Origin: Lama guanicoe
Taxonomy: Eukaryota
Length of the DNA stretch: 64,000 bases
Direction of reading: 5' to 3'
Assembly (NCBI GenBank): GCA_013239625.1
Contig: MU053472.1
Coordinates: 310,001-374,000 of the forward strand
The translations under genes and the position numbers were made by a program. Below the pieces are notes generated by a model. That model did no database searches, was not told the DNA's origin, and was given only the letters and a program-made list of their open reading frames with translations. Shown in pieces: positions 24,544 through 37,000 of the stretch (position 1 is the first letter of the stretch; every line of letters starts with the position of its first letter).

Positions 24544-24887
24544 TTTATTAAAAATAATGCTAATATAGTCCTGGAGCACATTGATTCCAAGAGGGTGTTT
24601 GCAGCAGATTTCATTATAATTACTTGACAGCTAAATAATAAAGGCTTGTTTTTTTTAAACTTACAGAGTCACTAAATAATAGAGGGGAAGGAAAGAGGAG
24701 AGCTGCCCCAGTGGGGACTGGCGCTGGTATCAATCTTCCGTAAGCATGTCTGGTCGGCAGCCATGGGCAAAGCTTGTGTCTAAAGGGTTAATCAGGGCCC
24801 AAAGTGATTTTTGCACTGAGCTCCTCCGGCTCCTGCCGTGATGCCAAAAGGCATGGGATTGAGAAGAGCAGAACTAAACAGTTTATT
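24544..24887 (-). terminator. DUSP14: DUSP14 candidate poly(A) signals: AATAAA at 24887-24882 and 24549-24544
   Basis: TTTATT on the + strand at both sites; the distal one is followed on the - strand by a (TG)n tract (24474-24497), a plausible GU-rich downstream element. Confidence 0.6.
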
Positions 24888-25169
24888 AAACTGTTCAAAT
24901 TGTTAAAAATGATTAAAAGCCAGTTAAAGATTTTCATAAACACTATTCCAAAATGTTAGTTTTAAAAATGTTACTAGCAATGTAAGCGTTTCCCTTATGT
25001 TCCACCCCTCCCTCCCTAGCTTTTAAAATAAACTTGAACACCCAGTGTAAAAAACACCTCAGGGAGAACCAAAAGTCAACCATTTGGAAAGAAAGGTGAA
25101 GAGGGGAGCAGACGGTGGGTAGCGGATGCTGGTCCTGCTCGAGGGGCCGCCGAGGCGGGCTTTGGTGGC

Positions 25170-25766
25170 TTAAATCCCCCAGTAAGGCATCAGGTGTCGG
25201 GACTCCTTCTCGTAAACGTCTGGAACTATGCCATAAGGCGTCTGTACCATTTTCACTGTCGACTTCCCGAAGAGCTGGCGCTCGTAGTCTATCAGCTGCC
25301 TCCAGAAGCCCACGTTGGGCCGGATGACGGGCCTCCGGGCTTTTACCCAGTGGTACGCCTCCAGCAGGCACACGTTGTGGAACTTCATCAGGTACGCGAT
25401 GCAGAGGGTGGCCGAGCGGCTCACCCCTGCGGCACAGTGCACCAAGGTGGCCCCGTGTTTCCTGCTCACGCTGTGGATCTTGTCGGCCACAGTGTCAAAG
25501 TAGAGTCCAATGGGGGCATGAGGCATGTCAGCCAGAGGCACTTTAACATATTCAAACTGGGGCCAGTTGAAGTTGGGGATCTCAATGGTAGCATTAACAA
25601 TGCAGGTGATGCCGCGAGCCTGGAGGAGGTGCCGGTTAGAGGCGACACTGCCTCTGCCCAGGAAGAGAGAGGAGGTGATTTGAGCAATGCCTCCTATGTC
25701 TCCCTCAGAAACCATCCGAGGGGCCATGAGAGTCCGTGGCAGCGTGCTGTGGCCTCTGGAGCTCAT
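25170..25766 (-). CDS. DUSP14: Dual specificity protein phosphatase 14 (MKP-6), 198 aa, CDS in one exon
   Basis: MSSRGHSTLPRTLMAPR...VHCAAGVSRSAT (PTP HCx5R motif)...RPNVGFWRQL...MPYWGI*; ATG at 25766. The ORF-track start at 25784 is a GTG. Exon acceptor tgtgttttgcag| gives exon start 25858 and 92 nt of 5' UTR. Confidence 0.98.
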   Translation of the reverse strand: MSSRGHSTLPRTLMAPRMVSEGDIGGIAQITSSLFLGRGSVASNRHLLQARGITCIVNATIEIPNFNWPQFEYVKVPLADMPHAPIGLYFDTVADKIHSVSRKHGATLVHCAAGVSRSATLCIAYLMKFHNVCLLEAYHWVKARRPVIRPNVGFWRQLIDYERQLFGKSTVKMVQTPYGIVPDVYEKESRHLMPYWGI

Positions 25767-27644
25767 GAAGACGCCAGCAGTCACACTCGCATCATGGGAA
25801 GCAAGACCAGAGTGTTTTGTTTTCCTCCACCAAGGAATCGGAAGTTACAGCCGCCTTCCTGCAAAACACAGGTATCTGTCAGGACCTTAAATGCCACTGA
25901 CTGACCGCAGCCGCCTGCCGCGTGCAGGGCAGGGAGGGTAAAAGGACGAGCAGTGGTTATTTTCTGCAGTAGAGTGTGTTCTTTCAGGGAGGCAGACAAA
26001 TATTTTCTGCCGATTGACAGGAAAAGTAGCCTTAAGATGCCAATATGTAAAACTCAGTGCACTGGTGATTATTTTAAAAAAAAAAAGGCACTAAGTGGAA
26101 ACACTCCTCCTGCTTCAGGAAAAGTTACAGACAGAAACAAGCCCAGCTAGTCCCTGACCAGCAGTCTCGCAGGGTGTCGCTCTCCCTGGAGGGAGTGGTG
26201 CTCCTTGGTGATGAGGAAGAAATCAGCACTTCTCGGCCCTCCCATAGCCATGTTCTTTCGCACACCTCATGCTTCCTCCACAGCTAGGAGGGCCACATTC
26301 TCCTAAACCGAATTCTACACACAGAAATCTTGAAAAGTATAAAAATACTGCTTTAGGTAACATACCCAGAGAGCAGCCTTTGTGGACGGTTACCGTACTG
26401 GACCCGTTACAGAAAAGCCAGGGCACATGGTCGCCTTGGCCCTTTATTATTTAAAAGTAGCCAACTCCTATCCTATCTGTGACATCTGAACACTGGAAAT
26501 CCAGCTAGTTTCGGGTAACCTGTGCTATGGCATTTTCATGGAAACAATCCCAGGCAACTTGAAGGCCATTTTCTCAAAAACTCATTTGTCTATGTTAATG
26601 AGCATTTCAGCTGACCTGAGCCTGGGAAACTCCGTCTTTCTCAACCGGCTCTAAGCTCCAAGATGAACCCCACTGGCTTAAGATGTGTGTTGGAATTAAT
26701 TTCATTTAACCAGTGTTTATTATAAAAGACGTTCAATGTTATATAACGTCTATATAGTCCATCAGTAACAAGAGAAAATTATTAGTTTCCTGCAAAATCA
26801 CACTACTTTGCAGCCTGTGCCCTCCGCGAAGTGTGCCCTTCCCCGCCCAGGTGCTGCAGGGACGCCTGAAGCGACTCCAGCCCGAGGACAACACCCCCCA
26901 CCCAGTTCCACAGGCAGAGGTGGTGCTGGGACTACTCACTTGTGTGCGGAGTCTGGTTCCTCGGGGGCCCTGGGTCTGGAAGGTCCTAAGTGAGTGCTGA
27001 TCACAGTAGATACAAATCAGATCTGCAGAAAGGCAAGGAGGCAAGAATGTGGCCAATTAGGAAGTTCAAAAGAATTGCTCCTGGGTTTTTACTACTAAAT
27101 TGGGTTTGACTGGAATAAATCTAGGAAGTGGAAAGCATGCTAAATATATGTCCACGTGCATTTCAAGAATATCAGTCGTATCAATCCAGCTCTTAGCTCA
27201 GCATTAATGACATAACCCGCGGTGTTAAAAAATATTAAGTGCTGTTTTGGCCATTCATAAAAGATGAATTTTTGACAGGAGGAGATTCAGAGACTACAAC
27301 ACGTCGATGAAATGCAAGGCCTTGCTCCCGGGGCCTGCAGGACGTGCCACCCAAGCTGGCAGCCCGGCAGCGTGGAGGCTGCGCGCAGCGCGCCGGGCGC
27401 CGCGGGGGCGCGGGGAGCCAGCTTCACGCAGGGCAGGGCTGCCGGGGCGGCTGCAGCCCCGGACGCCGACGGCAGCAGGCACTGGTGCTGAGGAGAGCAG
27501 TTTGAAGTTCTTTCATTCTGTTTTCCACGCTGGCCTCTCTCTCTCATTCATGTAACAGTATGAGCAGCAATCAGCGTCATTAGAAGTGGGTTCCTCCCAT
27601 GTCTGTCCCTCTGCCTTCCCCCAGAAACCACCATACTTCAATTG

Positions 27645-28200
27645 TCTTTTTTTCTTTACAGCTCTGTTAAGACATGGCTAACACACAGTCTGATTTACAG
27701 CCTGATGAGTTCTGACATACATGTACACGCAAGACACCATGACCTCAAAGCAATAAACATCCACCACTCCCTAAAGTGTCCTCGTGCTCCCTGGTAACTC
27801 ACCCCTCCCTCGCCGCTAGCCCCGTTCCCAAGCAACCACTCATCTGCTTTCTGTCACTGTAGTTGACATTTTCTAAACTTTTATACAATGGAATCATATA
27901 ATATAGTTCTTCCGTCTGGCTCACTCACATAATTATTTCCACATTCATCCACGAAGTTGTGTATGTCAGCAGGTTATTCCTTTTTATTGCTGAGTAGCAT
28001 TCCATTGTGCAGACAGAACTTTATTCACCTACTGATGAAAATCAGGTTGTTTCTAGTTTTAGGCTATTACAGGTAACGCTGATGTAAAACATTCATGTAT
28101 AGGTATTTGTGCAGACATACGTATGCCTTCCTTTCTCTTGGTTAAATACCTAGGCGTGGAAGGACTGGGTCATTTGACATGTATGTATTTAACATTTTAA
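27645..28200 (-). mobile_element. Old L1M 3' fragment
   Basis: aagcaaccactcatctgctttctgtcact...ttcctttttattgctgagtagcattccattg...ttctcttggttaaatacctagg. Confidence 0.78.
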
Positions 28201-28245
28201 TATAGTTTTTTTTAAAGCTTTAAAAATAAATTATTACAGCTTACA

Positions 28246-31200
28246 ACCTGAGGGCAGGTACTATCTTTGAGCTCTTCCTCTGCTGTGTTCCAGAGCACCA
28301 GTATTTCGCAGAGAGGAGCGGCTGTGTAAGGCTGGTGCCCTGGTTTTTGTGGCTGCCACTCAGGGGACACCTCTTGATTGTCTGGCTCTGGGGGCAAACA
28401 CGGTTCTTGGCTGGCTACCAAACCTGGGGCACTACACAGCCAGCCAACTGAAACACCCTCAGAGTCTCCATGAAAAAGGCTACTTGCTTGTCCTGGAGCT
28501 TTGGGACACGCTAGGGGGCAGGCTTCTGCTCTGGCACACATCCAGGGGCCCACTTAGGCACACTTGGGGACAGAGGCCAGTGGACGCCGTCTGCATGCTC
28601 GCCCTTTGCCTTACTCCAAGTCTCTGTTGTCTCCTGGAAAGGAACTGGTTATACTCACAGGGCACCCAGATTTTTAAGACTGCTGCCCAGGGGACACCTC
28701 TAGGTCACCTGGCTCTGTGGACAGTGGGACTTAATGCTGGCTGTCACACAAGACTGTATATCTGCATACTTTAAAAGCTCCTTTCATAGAGAATACTGAC
28801 AGGTCTGGGCCCACCTGCAACTACTGAGAACCACTACAAATGAAACAGGCTGCTTGGCCAATCACAAGGGTTTTGAGAGACAATCAGGATTACAGCAGGG
28901 GTGAATGGTAAGGTTCACCCCCATACAAGGTCCCTCCTCTAATACTGGGAGAGGCGGCTGTTTTATCTAATGCAAAGAAACCAACGCAGAGTCAAGGAAA
29001 ATGAAGAAGTAGAGGAAGATGTGCCAAATTAAGGAACAAGGTAAAACCTCAGAAAAAGTCCTTAATGAAATGGAGAGAAGTGATTGACCTGATTAAGGGT
29101 TCAAAATAATGGTCATAAAGATGCTCACTTAACCTAGGAAAAGAATGGATGAGTACAGTGGGAACTTCAATAAAAAGACAGAAAATATAAAAAAGTACCA
29201 CAAAGAGATCACAGAGCTGAAGGATACAGTAACTGAAAAATATGCTGGAGGGGTTCACCAGCAGACTGGATGACACGGTAGAAAGGATCAGTGAACTCGA
29301 ACACAGGGCAGTGCAACTCAAAACAACTGGAGCAACAGAAACAATAAAGAATAAAAAAAAGTGAACATTACTTAAGGGACTTACGGGCCAACATCAAACA
29401 GATCAACATTTGCATTATAGGGGTCCCAGAAGAACAAAGAGAGAAAGGGGCTGAAAACTTCCCTAATACAGGGAAGGAAACAGACATCCAGATCCAGGAA
29501 GCCCAGAGAGCGCCAAGTGAAACACACGCCAGAGGTATGGGTCTCTTGACCCACAGTGAGACACATTATAATTAAATTGTTAAAAGTGAAAAGAGGAGAG
29601 AATTTTTAAAGCAGCAAGAGAAAAACAACTAGTTACATACAAGGGAACTCCCATTGAGACTGTCAGCAGGAAACTTTTTGCAGGTTAGAAGGGAGTGGCA
29701 TGGTAGTTTCAAGGTGCTGAAAAAAAAAAACTCTTGCAGGCAAGAAAACTCAGCAAAGCTGTCATTCAGAATTAGGCAGAGTTTTCCAGACAAGCAAAAG
29801 CTAAACCGGCCTTACAGGAATTAAGGCAACTTCTTTAAACCGAAAAGAAAGGCTGCTACTTAGTAACAGGAAAACATATGGAAGTATAAATCTCACTAGC
29901 AGATGTACTATAGTAAACTTTGCAATAATATAAAGGTGGTATAGCTTAATCACTCATAAAGCTAGTATGAAGACTATAATCAGAAACAAAGAAGGACATT
30001 ACATAATGATAAAGCAGGGGTCAACCCAGGAAGAGCATGTTAACATTCCTAAATACTTGCGCACCCAACATGGGACATGTGGATATATAAAGCAGTATTA
30101 ACAGACCTAAAGGAAGAAACAGTGCAACAGCTGAGGACTTTACTACCCCCACTTTCATCAACATAGATCGTCCAGACAGAATATCAAAAAGGACACATCC
30201 GCTTTAAACTACATGTTAGACCAGACAGACCTAACAGATAAGACATGGAACATCTCATCCAAAAGCAACAGAATACACATTCTTCTTGAGTGCACGTGGA
30301 ACAGTCTCCAGGACAGACCATGTATTAGGCCACGAAACAAGTCTTTGAGACCGAAAGCGTATCAAACATCTTTTCCAACCCTCGTGGTATGAAGCTAAAA
30401 ATCATCACAGGAATAAAACTGGAAAATTCACAGATAAGTGGAGACTAAACAACACTGAACAACCAACGAGTCATAAAAGAAATCAAAAGATAACCTTAAA
30501 AATACTAAAGGCAAATAAAAATGGAAATAAAGCAAAGCAAAACTTACGGGATGCAGCAAAACCAGTTCTAAGAGGGAAGTTTTTAACAATAAATACGTTG
30601 AGAAACCAGAAAGATCTCAAAGAACCTAACTTAACACTTCAAGGAACTAAAAAAAGGACAGATGAAGCCCCAAGTTATCTGAAGGAAGAAAATAACAAAG
30701 ATCAGAATGGAAATAAGTAAAATAGACTAAAAAGACAATAGAAAAGATCAATGAAACTAAAAGCTAGTTTGAAAAGGTAAAATTGGAAAACCCTTAGCTA
30801 GACTCACCAAGAAAACAAAAAAAAAAGGACTCCACTAAAATCAGAAGTGACAGAAGTTTACAACTACTACCACAAATACAGAGGATCATATGAAACTACC
30901 ATTTATAATTGTTAACCGGCAAACTGGACAACCTACAAGAAATGGATAGACTCCTAATGCTTACAACCTCCCAAGGCTGAATCATGAAGAAACAGAAAAT
31001 CTGAACAGACCAGTAACTAGTAAGAGAATTGAATCCATAATCAAAAACCTCCCAAACAAAGTACAGACCCAGACAGCTTCGCTGGCGAATTCTACCAGAC
31101 ATTTAAAGAATACGTATCAAGCCCTAAACTCTTCCAAAATATGGAAGAGGAGGAAACACTTCTAAACTCGTCTTACAAGGCCATCGTTACGTTAATACCA

Positions 31201-33864
31201 AAACCAGGCAAGGACACCACAGGAAAAGAAAACTACAGGCCAGTATCTCTGATAAACATACTATGAAAATCCTCAACAAAGTATTAGCAAACCAAATTCA
31301 ACAACACATTAAAAGGACCATACACCATGACCTGGTGGGATTTATTCCAGGGATGGAAATCAGTGTGATCCACCACATTAACGAAGGGTAGGATAAAAAT
31401 CACGGGATCATCTCAATAGGGGCAGAAAAAGCATCTGACAAAATGCAACATCCATTTATGATAAAAACTCTTAATAAATTGGGTATAGACGAAACATACC
31501 TCAACAAAATAAAGGCCATGTGTGACAATGACAAGTCCACAGCTAACATCATACTCAGTGGTAAAAAGCTCAAAGCTTTTCCTCTAAGATCAGGAAAGAG
31601 ACAGGATGCCCACTCCTGCCACTTCTAATTCAACATGGCATTGGAATTCCTAGCCAGAGCAACTGAGCAAAAAATAAATAAATAAAAGACATTCAAATCA
31701 GAAAAGTAAAACTATCACTATCTGCAGATGGCATGATATTAATATACAGAAAACCCCAAAGACTGCAGCAAAAAACTATTAGAACTAAGCAATGAATTCA
31801 GTAAAGAAGGCTACAAAATCAATGAACAGAAATCTGCTGCATGTCTATAGACTCATAGTGAACTATCAGAAGGAGAAATTAAGGAAACAATCCCATTTAC
31901 AATTGCATCAAGAAGAATAAAATACTTAGGAATAAATTTAACCAAGGAGGTGAAAGACATTTATGAAAGAAACTGAAGAAGATACAAATAAATAGATATA
32001 TCCTGTGCTCCCGAATTGAAGAGTTAACATTGTTAAAATGCCCATATCCGAAGCAATCTGCAGATCTGATGCAATCCCTATCAAATTTCCAATGGCATTT
32101 TTCACAGAAACATCTGTATGGAACTGCAGAAGCCCCCGAATAGTCAAAGCAACTTGAGAAAGAAGAACAAGGCTGGGAGGCATCACACTCTCTCATTTCA
32201 AACTGTATTACAAAGCTCCAGTAATCAAAATAGTGTGACAGCAGCAAAAAGACACATGGATCAATGAAAGCGAATAAAGAGCCCAGAAGTAAACCCATGC
32301 ATATATGATCAATTCACTTACAAAAAAGGAACCAAGAATATTTACAGTGGGGAAAGGACAGTTTCTTCAATAAATGTGTTGGGAAAACTGAACAGCCACA
32401 AGCAACAGAATGAAACTGGACCACTGTTTTACACGAGACACAGAAATTAAAGTGGATTAAAGACTTAAATGTAAGACCTGAAACCATAAAAGTCCTAGAA
32501 GAAAACAGGAAGTAAGCTCCTTGACATTGGTCCTGGTGATGATTTTTTGGCTTTGACACCAAAAGCAAAAGCCACAAAGACAAAAATAGACAAGCAGGAC
32601 TACATGAAACTAAAAAGCTTTTTGCACAGCAAAGGAAACTAAACAAAACGAAAAGACAGCCTACGGAATGAGAAAAAGTCATTTGCAAATGATAACGACC
32701 AATAAGGGGTAGACAGCCAAAAATATATAAACAGCTCATACAACTTGACAGCAAAAAACAATCTGATTTTTAAAATGGGCAGAGGATCCGAACAGACATT
32801 TTCCCAAAGAAGACATACAGGTGGCTAAGAGGCACATGAAAAGCTGTTCCACATCACGAATCATCAGGCAAATGCAAATCAAAACCACAGTGCGAAGAGG
32901 AGGGGACAGCTCAGCGGTAGCGCGCGTGCTTAGCATGCACGAGGTCCTGGGTTCAATCCCCAGCAGCTCCATTAAAAATAAATAAACGAACCTAATTACC
33001 TCCCTCCCCCAAAAAAAGTTAGCCAAAAAAAAAAAGTTTTTTTAAAACCCACAATGAGATACCACCTCACACCTGTCAGAATAGCTATTACCAAAAAGAC
33101 AAAAAATAACAGGCGTTGGCGAGGATGTGGAGAAAAGGGATCCCTTGTGCACTATCGGTGGGAATGTAAATTGGTGCAACCACTATGGAAAACAGTACAG
33201 AGGCTCCTCCAAAAATTAGATTTACCACACAATCCAGCAATTCCACTTCTGGGTATCTATCCACTGAAAACAAAAACATTAACTCAAAGATATACGCAAG
33301 CCCTTGTTCACTGCCATGGAAACGACCTGTCCATGGAAGGATGAATGGATAAAGAAAACGTGATACATGTATACACAATAGAATATTAATCAGCCATAAA
33401 AAAGAAGGAAATCTTGCCACTTACAGCAACATGGATGGATCTTGAGGGCACTATGCTAAGTGAAGTCAGAGAAAGACACACTATATAGTGTCAGTTATGT
33501 GTGGAATCTTTAAAAAAGAAAGCTCACAGATGCAGATTGCCGGTTGTCAGAGGTAATGGCTAAATGGGTAATGGGTGAAGGGGGTTGAAAGATACAAACT
33601 TCCATTTATAAAATAAGGCACGGGGACCTCATGTACAGCAATGGTGACTACAGTTAACAATACTGTATTGCATAATTGAAAGCTGCTAAGAGAGTAATCT
33701 TAAAAGTTCTCATCACAAGAAAAAAAATTTTTTTAAACCATGTATGGTGGAAGATGTTAACTAGACTTACTGTGATCATTTTGCAATATATACAAATATC
33801 AAGTCCTTATGTTGTACACCTGAAACTTATACAATGTTCTGTGTCAACCGTATCAATAAAAAAA
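28246..33864 (+). mobile_element. ~5.6 kb decayed L1 (5' region, ORF1, ORF2, 3' UTR) in the DUSP14 intron, antisense to the gene
   Basis: ORF2 remnants [14 protein letters not shown] (31443) and MRYHLTPVR (33054); 3' aataaaaaaa; candidate TSD attacagcttaca (28233-28245) / attacagctttaca (33867-33880); many frameshifts and stops. Confidence 0.92.
32897..33043 (+). mobile_element. tRNA-derived SINE (camelid Vic-1-like) nested in L1 ORF2
   Basis: A-box agctcagcggtag, B-box ggttcaatccc, A-rich tail; TSD aaaaccacagtgcga (32881-32895) / aaaacccacaatgaga (33044-33059). Confidence 0.9.
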
Positions 33865-33879
33865 CAATTACAGCTTTAC

Positions 33880-34060
33880 AGTGCAGCGTCAGAGTCACCA
33901 CGAGGGCTTGTTAAAACGCAGGGAGCTGAGCGCCCCCCCCGCCGCCCCACCCAGCCCGAGTCTCTGATTCAGCAGTTCTGAAGCAGGGACTCAAGAGCTG
34001 GCACTTATTTCCCAGGTGATGCAGATGTGCCGGTTAGAGGACACACGCTGAGAACCACTG
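33880..34060. mobile_element. MER5A-like hAT-Charlie fragment
   Basis: gggcttgttaaaacgcag...tctgattcagcagttctg...cccaggtgatgcagatg...gagaaccactg. Confidence 0.65.
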
Positions 34061-37000
34061 CAGAGGTGGATGCTGTGCTGGGCCACCAGATTCCCCTTCA
34101 AGACTAAGGCACTCAGAGGGCTGGTGCTGACAGAGCTCAAGTCTGTCCCCAGAAGCTGCCCCTGCCCGAAGGGAGCTGCCTCACACCCAAGGCTACACAC
34201 CCTCTTCTGGGGCCCACATCTAATGATACAGGGGTACACAGAGACGTATGCAGGTGATATCACATCACGAAGAGGAACAAGGAAGTAGTCGCTTAAGGGC
34301 GCACGGATGTGAGTGTCAGATGTACGCAGAAACGGGCAGAACTCTGTGAGAACACCCCGTCCCACAGCAGAGCGCAGTCTCGTCCCACTTCCAAGTCTTT
34401 CCCTGGCAGAACCCTAATAGTTTTAAAAGCAAAGTCACTGCGGCAATAAACACACAAAATTAGGTTTTTGAACTGCTGGTGATAACTCCATCCTCAGTGT
34501 GGAAGATACAAGTCAAACTTCCAACCAGGTTATCTAGTTACTAATTAAGAGGGACTCGGTCTTGTGGTCTCCCAAATAATCATTCTGTTTGGGAAGCCAC
34601 TTCCCCTCCTGAGACCGGTGTCCCAGGCGCACTGGCCTTTCCAGCAGAAGGGTCTTCATCAAGGGCCACAGCTAAGTAACGGGAGAGCGGAAGCCGAGCT
34701 TAGCCAGTTAACTCATTTGTTGGGCAGTGATAGGGTACTTGGTGCTGCAGGGAAAACAAAACAGATTGTGAGTCCTCAGGGCAGATCCAAGTGAGACAGA
34801 CACGATGCTCCCTCCCTGCTGCTGCTAGCCAGTCTCGTGCCAACAAACCTGCTTAAAATGCTGAAGCTGAGTCCAAGGTTGAGAAAAACAACTTCTGCCA
34901 GAGAGCACTCCGAGGGCACAGATACACAGATGCTCCTCTGACAAACACCCCGCACCCCTTTTACAGATTGGAAAATACAAGCTTCAGAAAGGGTGAGATG
35001 ATTTAAACTTGGAGATGATAAGTAACAGGACCAGGAAAAGATCCAGGTGTCTGAGCTCCTCACTCAAGCCCACACGCCGCTCCTCTGTGACTGTGGACGG
35101 TGGCTGCAGCCGCAGTACCTGACCTCCAGCACTCCCACCCCACCAGCCAGCGCCTTCAGGGCATGAGAGGGGTCTTAGGTCAGCCTGAACAGCATGTGCT
35201 GAAACGCTTCGTGCAGAAAACACTGGGCGCAGACGGGCTGAGCTGCTCTCGTTTCTCCTATTGCCCAGAAGAGGGAAATGCTGCCACAGACGGGTACACC
35301 TTTCAGCACACAGAAAGCCCTCCCGATAGCAGAGGGACCTCAGCAAGGAGCGCCCCAGGGTAGGCACAGCAAGAAGCCCTAGCTGGCTCCACTTCTGAAG
35401 ACTAGCAGATTCTGATCATAATGAATAAAAGAGAACATGGATATTACACCAGAGTTGTGTCCAAACCAACTTAGTCAATGTGTCCAGGAAGACAGACTAT
35501 TAGGAGAGTAAAAGATTGACCATGTTTGAGGGATCAAAGATTGCAAGGTGCTCTCTGAGTGACAGCACCACTCCCACTGCAGTGCGCTGGTCTCTGGGCC
35601 AAGGATGACCAGGGAGACTGCCAGGGAGTGGCCACGTCGCTGTCCATGGTGTTCAACTCAGCCCTCCCAGCTTGCTCTGGCAGCCGCATTTACTTCTTGG
35701 AGGGAAAAATGCTTTTCTAGCCAGGGGGATGGGGATGAAAGACAAAAAGGAGCTGTCCTAAACCAACTCCAGAGACCGGGGGGGGGGGTTGGGGGGGTTT
35801 ACAAATTATAAGAAATGTCAGATATGACGCTGGTCTCTTTGAATAATGAACATCAAAGTGCTAAGTACTAAATAAAATGCAGAATTAGTGTCTGCTCAGT
35901 GGGCCTGTGATCTGAATAGCGTATAAGCTATGAGCAACTGCCCGCTGCCTGCACTGCAGAACTCCTGGGATGTGGGCACCAGCGTCCACACCTGGAGTCA
36001 CGTTCTATTCAGAGCATCCATCCCACGGCCATGGAAGCTACTTTTTGTTTAAAATCATGACCAAAAAAACCCCACTAGAATGAGGAGTTAAAGAACTGAA
36101 ATTCTATCTACTGCTTTTTCTTCTCATGTTGAATAAGCAGAAAAATGGTGTAGAGATGACTGTATAAAGTGATCCAAAATATTTTTAGCTGTAGGGATCT
36201 CAGAGGTCCACAGTATATACTGAAAGCCTGTATATTTTTTTCAAAAAATACAGGAAAAGCCTATGTAATCACATTTTCTTCCTCCATTAAAGTAAATGTT
36301 TATCTAGTTTCAAAAGAAAAAAAAACCCTTAAAATCACTCTTCTTATAATAGAAGCACTTATATGTATAAGCACATTTGACTGTCCTTTGACTGGATTAC
36401 TGCATTCTGTTGATTCTTATTTTGTGGTTGGCCTTATTCCTTTGATAACTATGTGAGTTGAAAAAGCTAAAGCTCAAAACTCTTCTTAGAAACAATGAAC
36501 AGTACATATAGAGTGAATTTTTTAAAAAATATGTGCAGTATATTGTATATATGTACATGCAATATATTATATATGTGCAGTCAAATTGTATCAGTTTTAC
36601 CTAATAAAACTGAAAAATGATTTTTAAAAGCCAAAAAGATAAAATAAAATAAAATAGAAGCATTTTAGCCTACACTGCCATAAATAAATACTACTTTTGT
36701 CATTACATTTCACTATTAAATCAGAAATATGTTCCGTTGGGGGAAAAAGTTAAAATGCTCTTACAGATAAAAACCACAGTGTGGCAAACTTTTGTTAAGG
36801 AAAAAAAAAAACCTTTCTGTTACAACATTAAGATTAAAGTTCAAACAAAAGTTGAATACATTCATATTAAAGTAAAATGAAATAAAAGATACTCAATTAT
36901 TCTCAGTTATCCGGAAAGCTTTAGTAATCTGACTGAAACATCTCAGCATCTTACATTTGAAGGAGGGTTTACTTCTGCTTTTCCCACCATATAAATTAAC

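Larger units (their letters stand above)
20544..24660 (+). other. SYNRG: SYNRG 3' UTR region (true end uncertain); candidate AATAAA signals at 20925, 21055, 22686 and 24637
   Basis: follows the stop codon; hexamers read directly from the sequence; which one is used cannot be determined here. Confidence 0.45.

Noticed and set aside
25767..25784. N-terminal extension MTAGVF of DUSP14 in the ORF track
   Set aside because: It starts at a GTG; the recalled protein starts MSSRGH at the ATG at 25766
25194..25904. 236-aa ORF on the + strand (and 142-aa ORF 24943..25371 on -)
   Set aside because: Antisense or alternative-frame shadows of the GC-rich DUSP14 CDS; no recognisable protein
32897..32970. 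tRNA-like sequence with A and B boxes (also 23205-23280)
   Set aside because: Head of a SINE with an A-rich tail and TSD, not a tRNA gene
29000..33350. Potentially active L1 ORF1/ORF2
   Set aside because: Many stops and frameshifts, an apparent deletion and a SINE insertion
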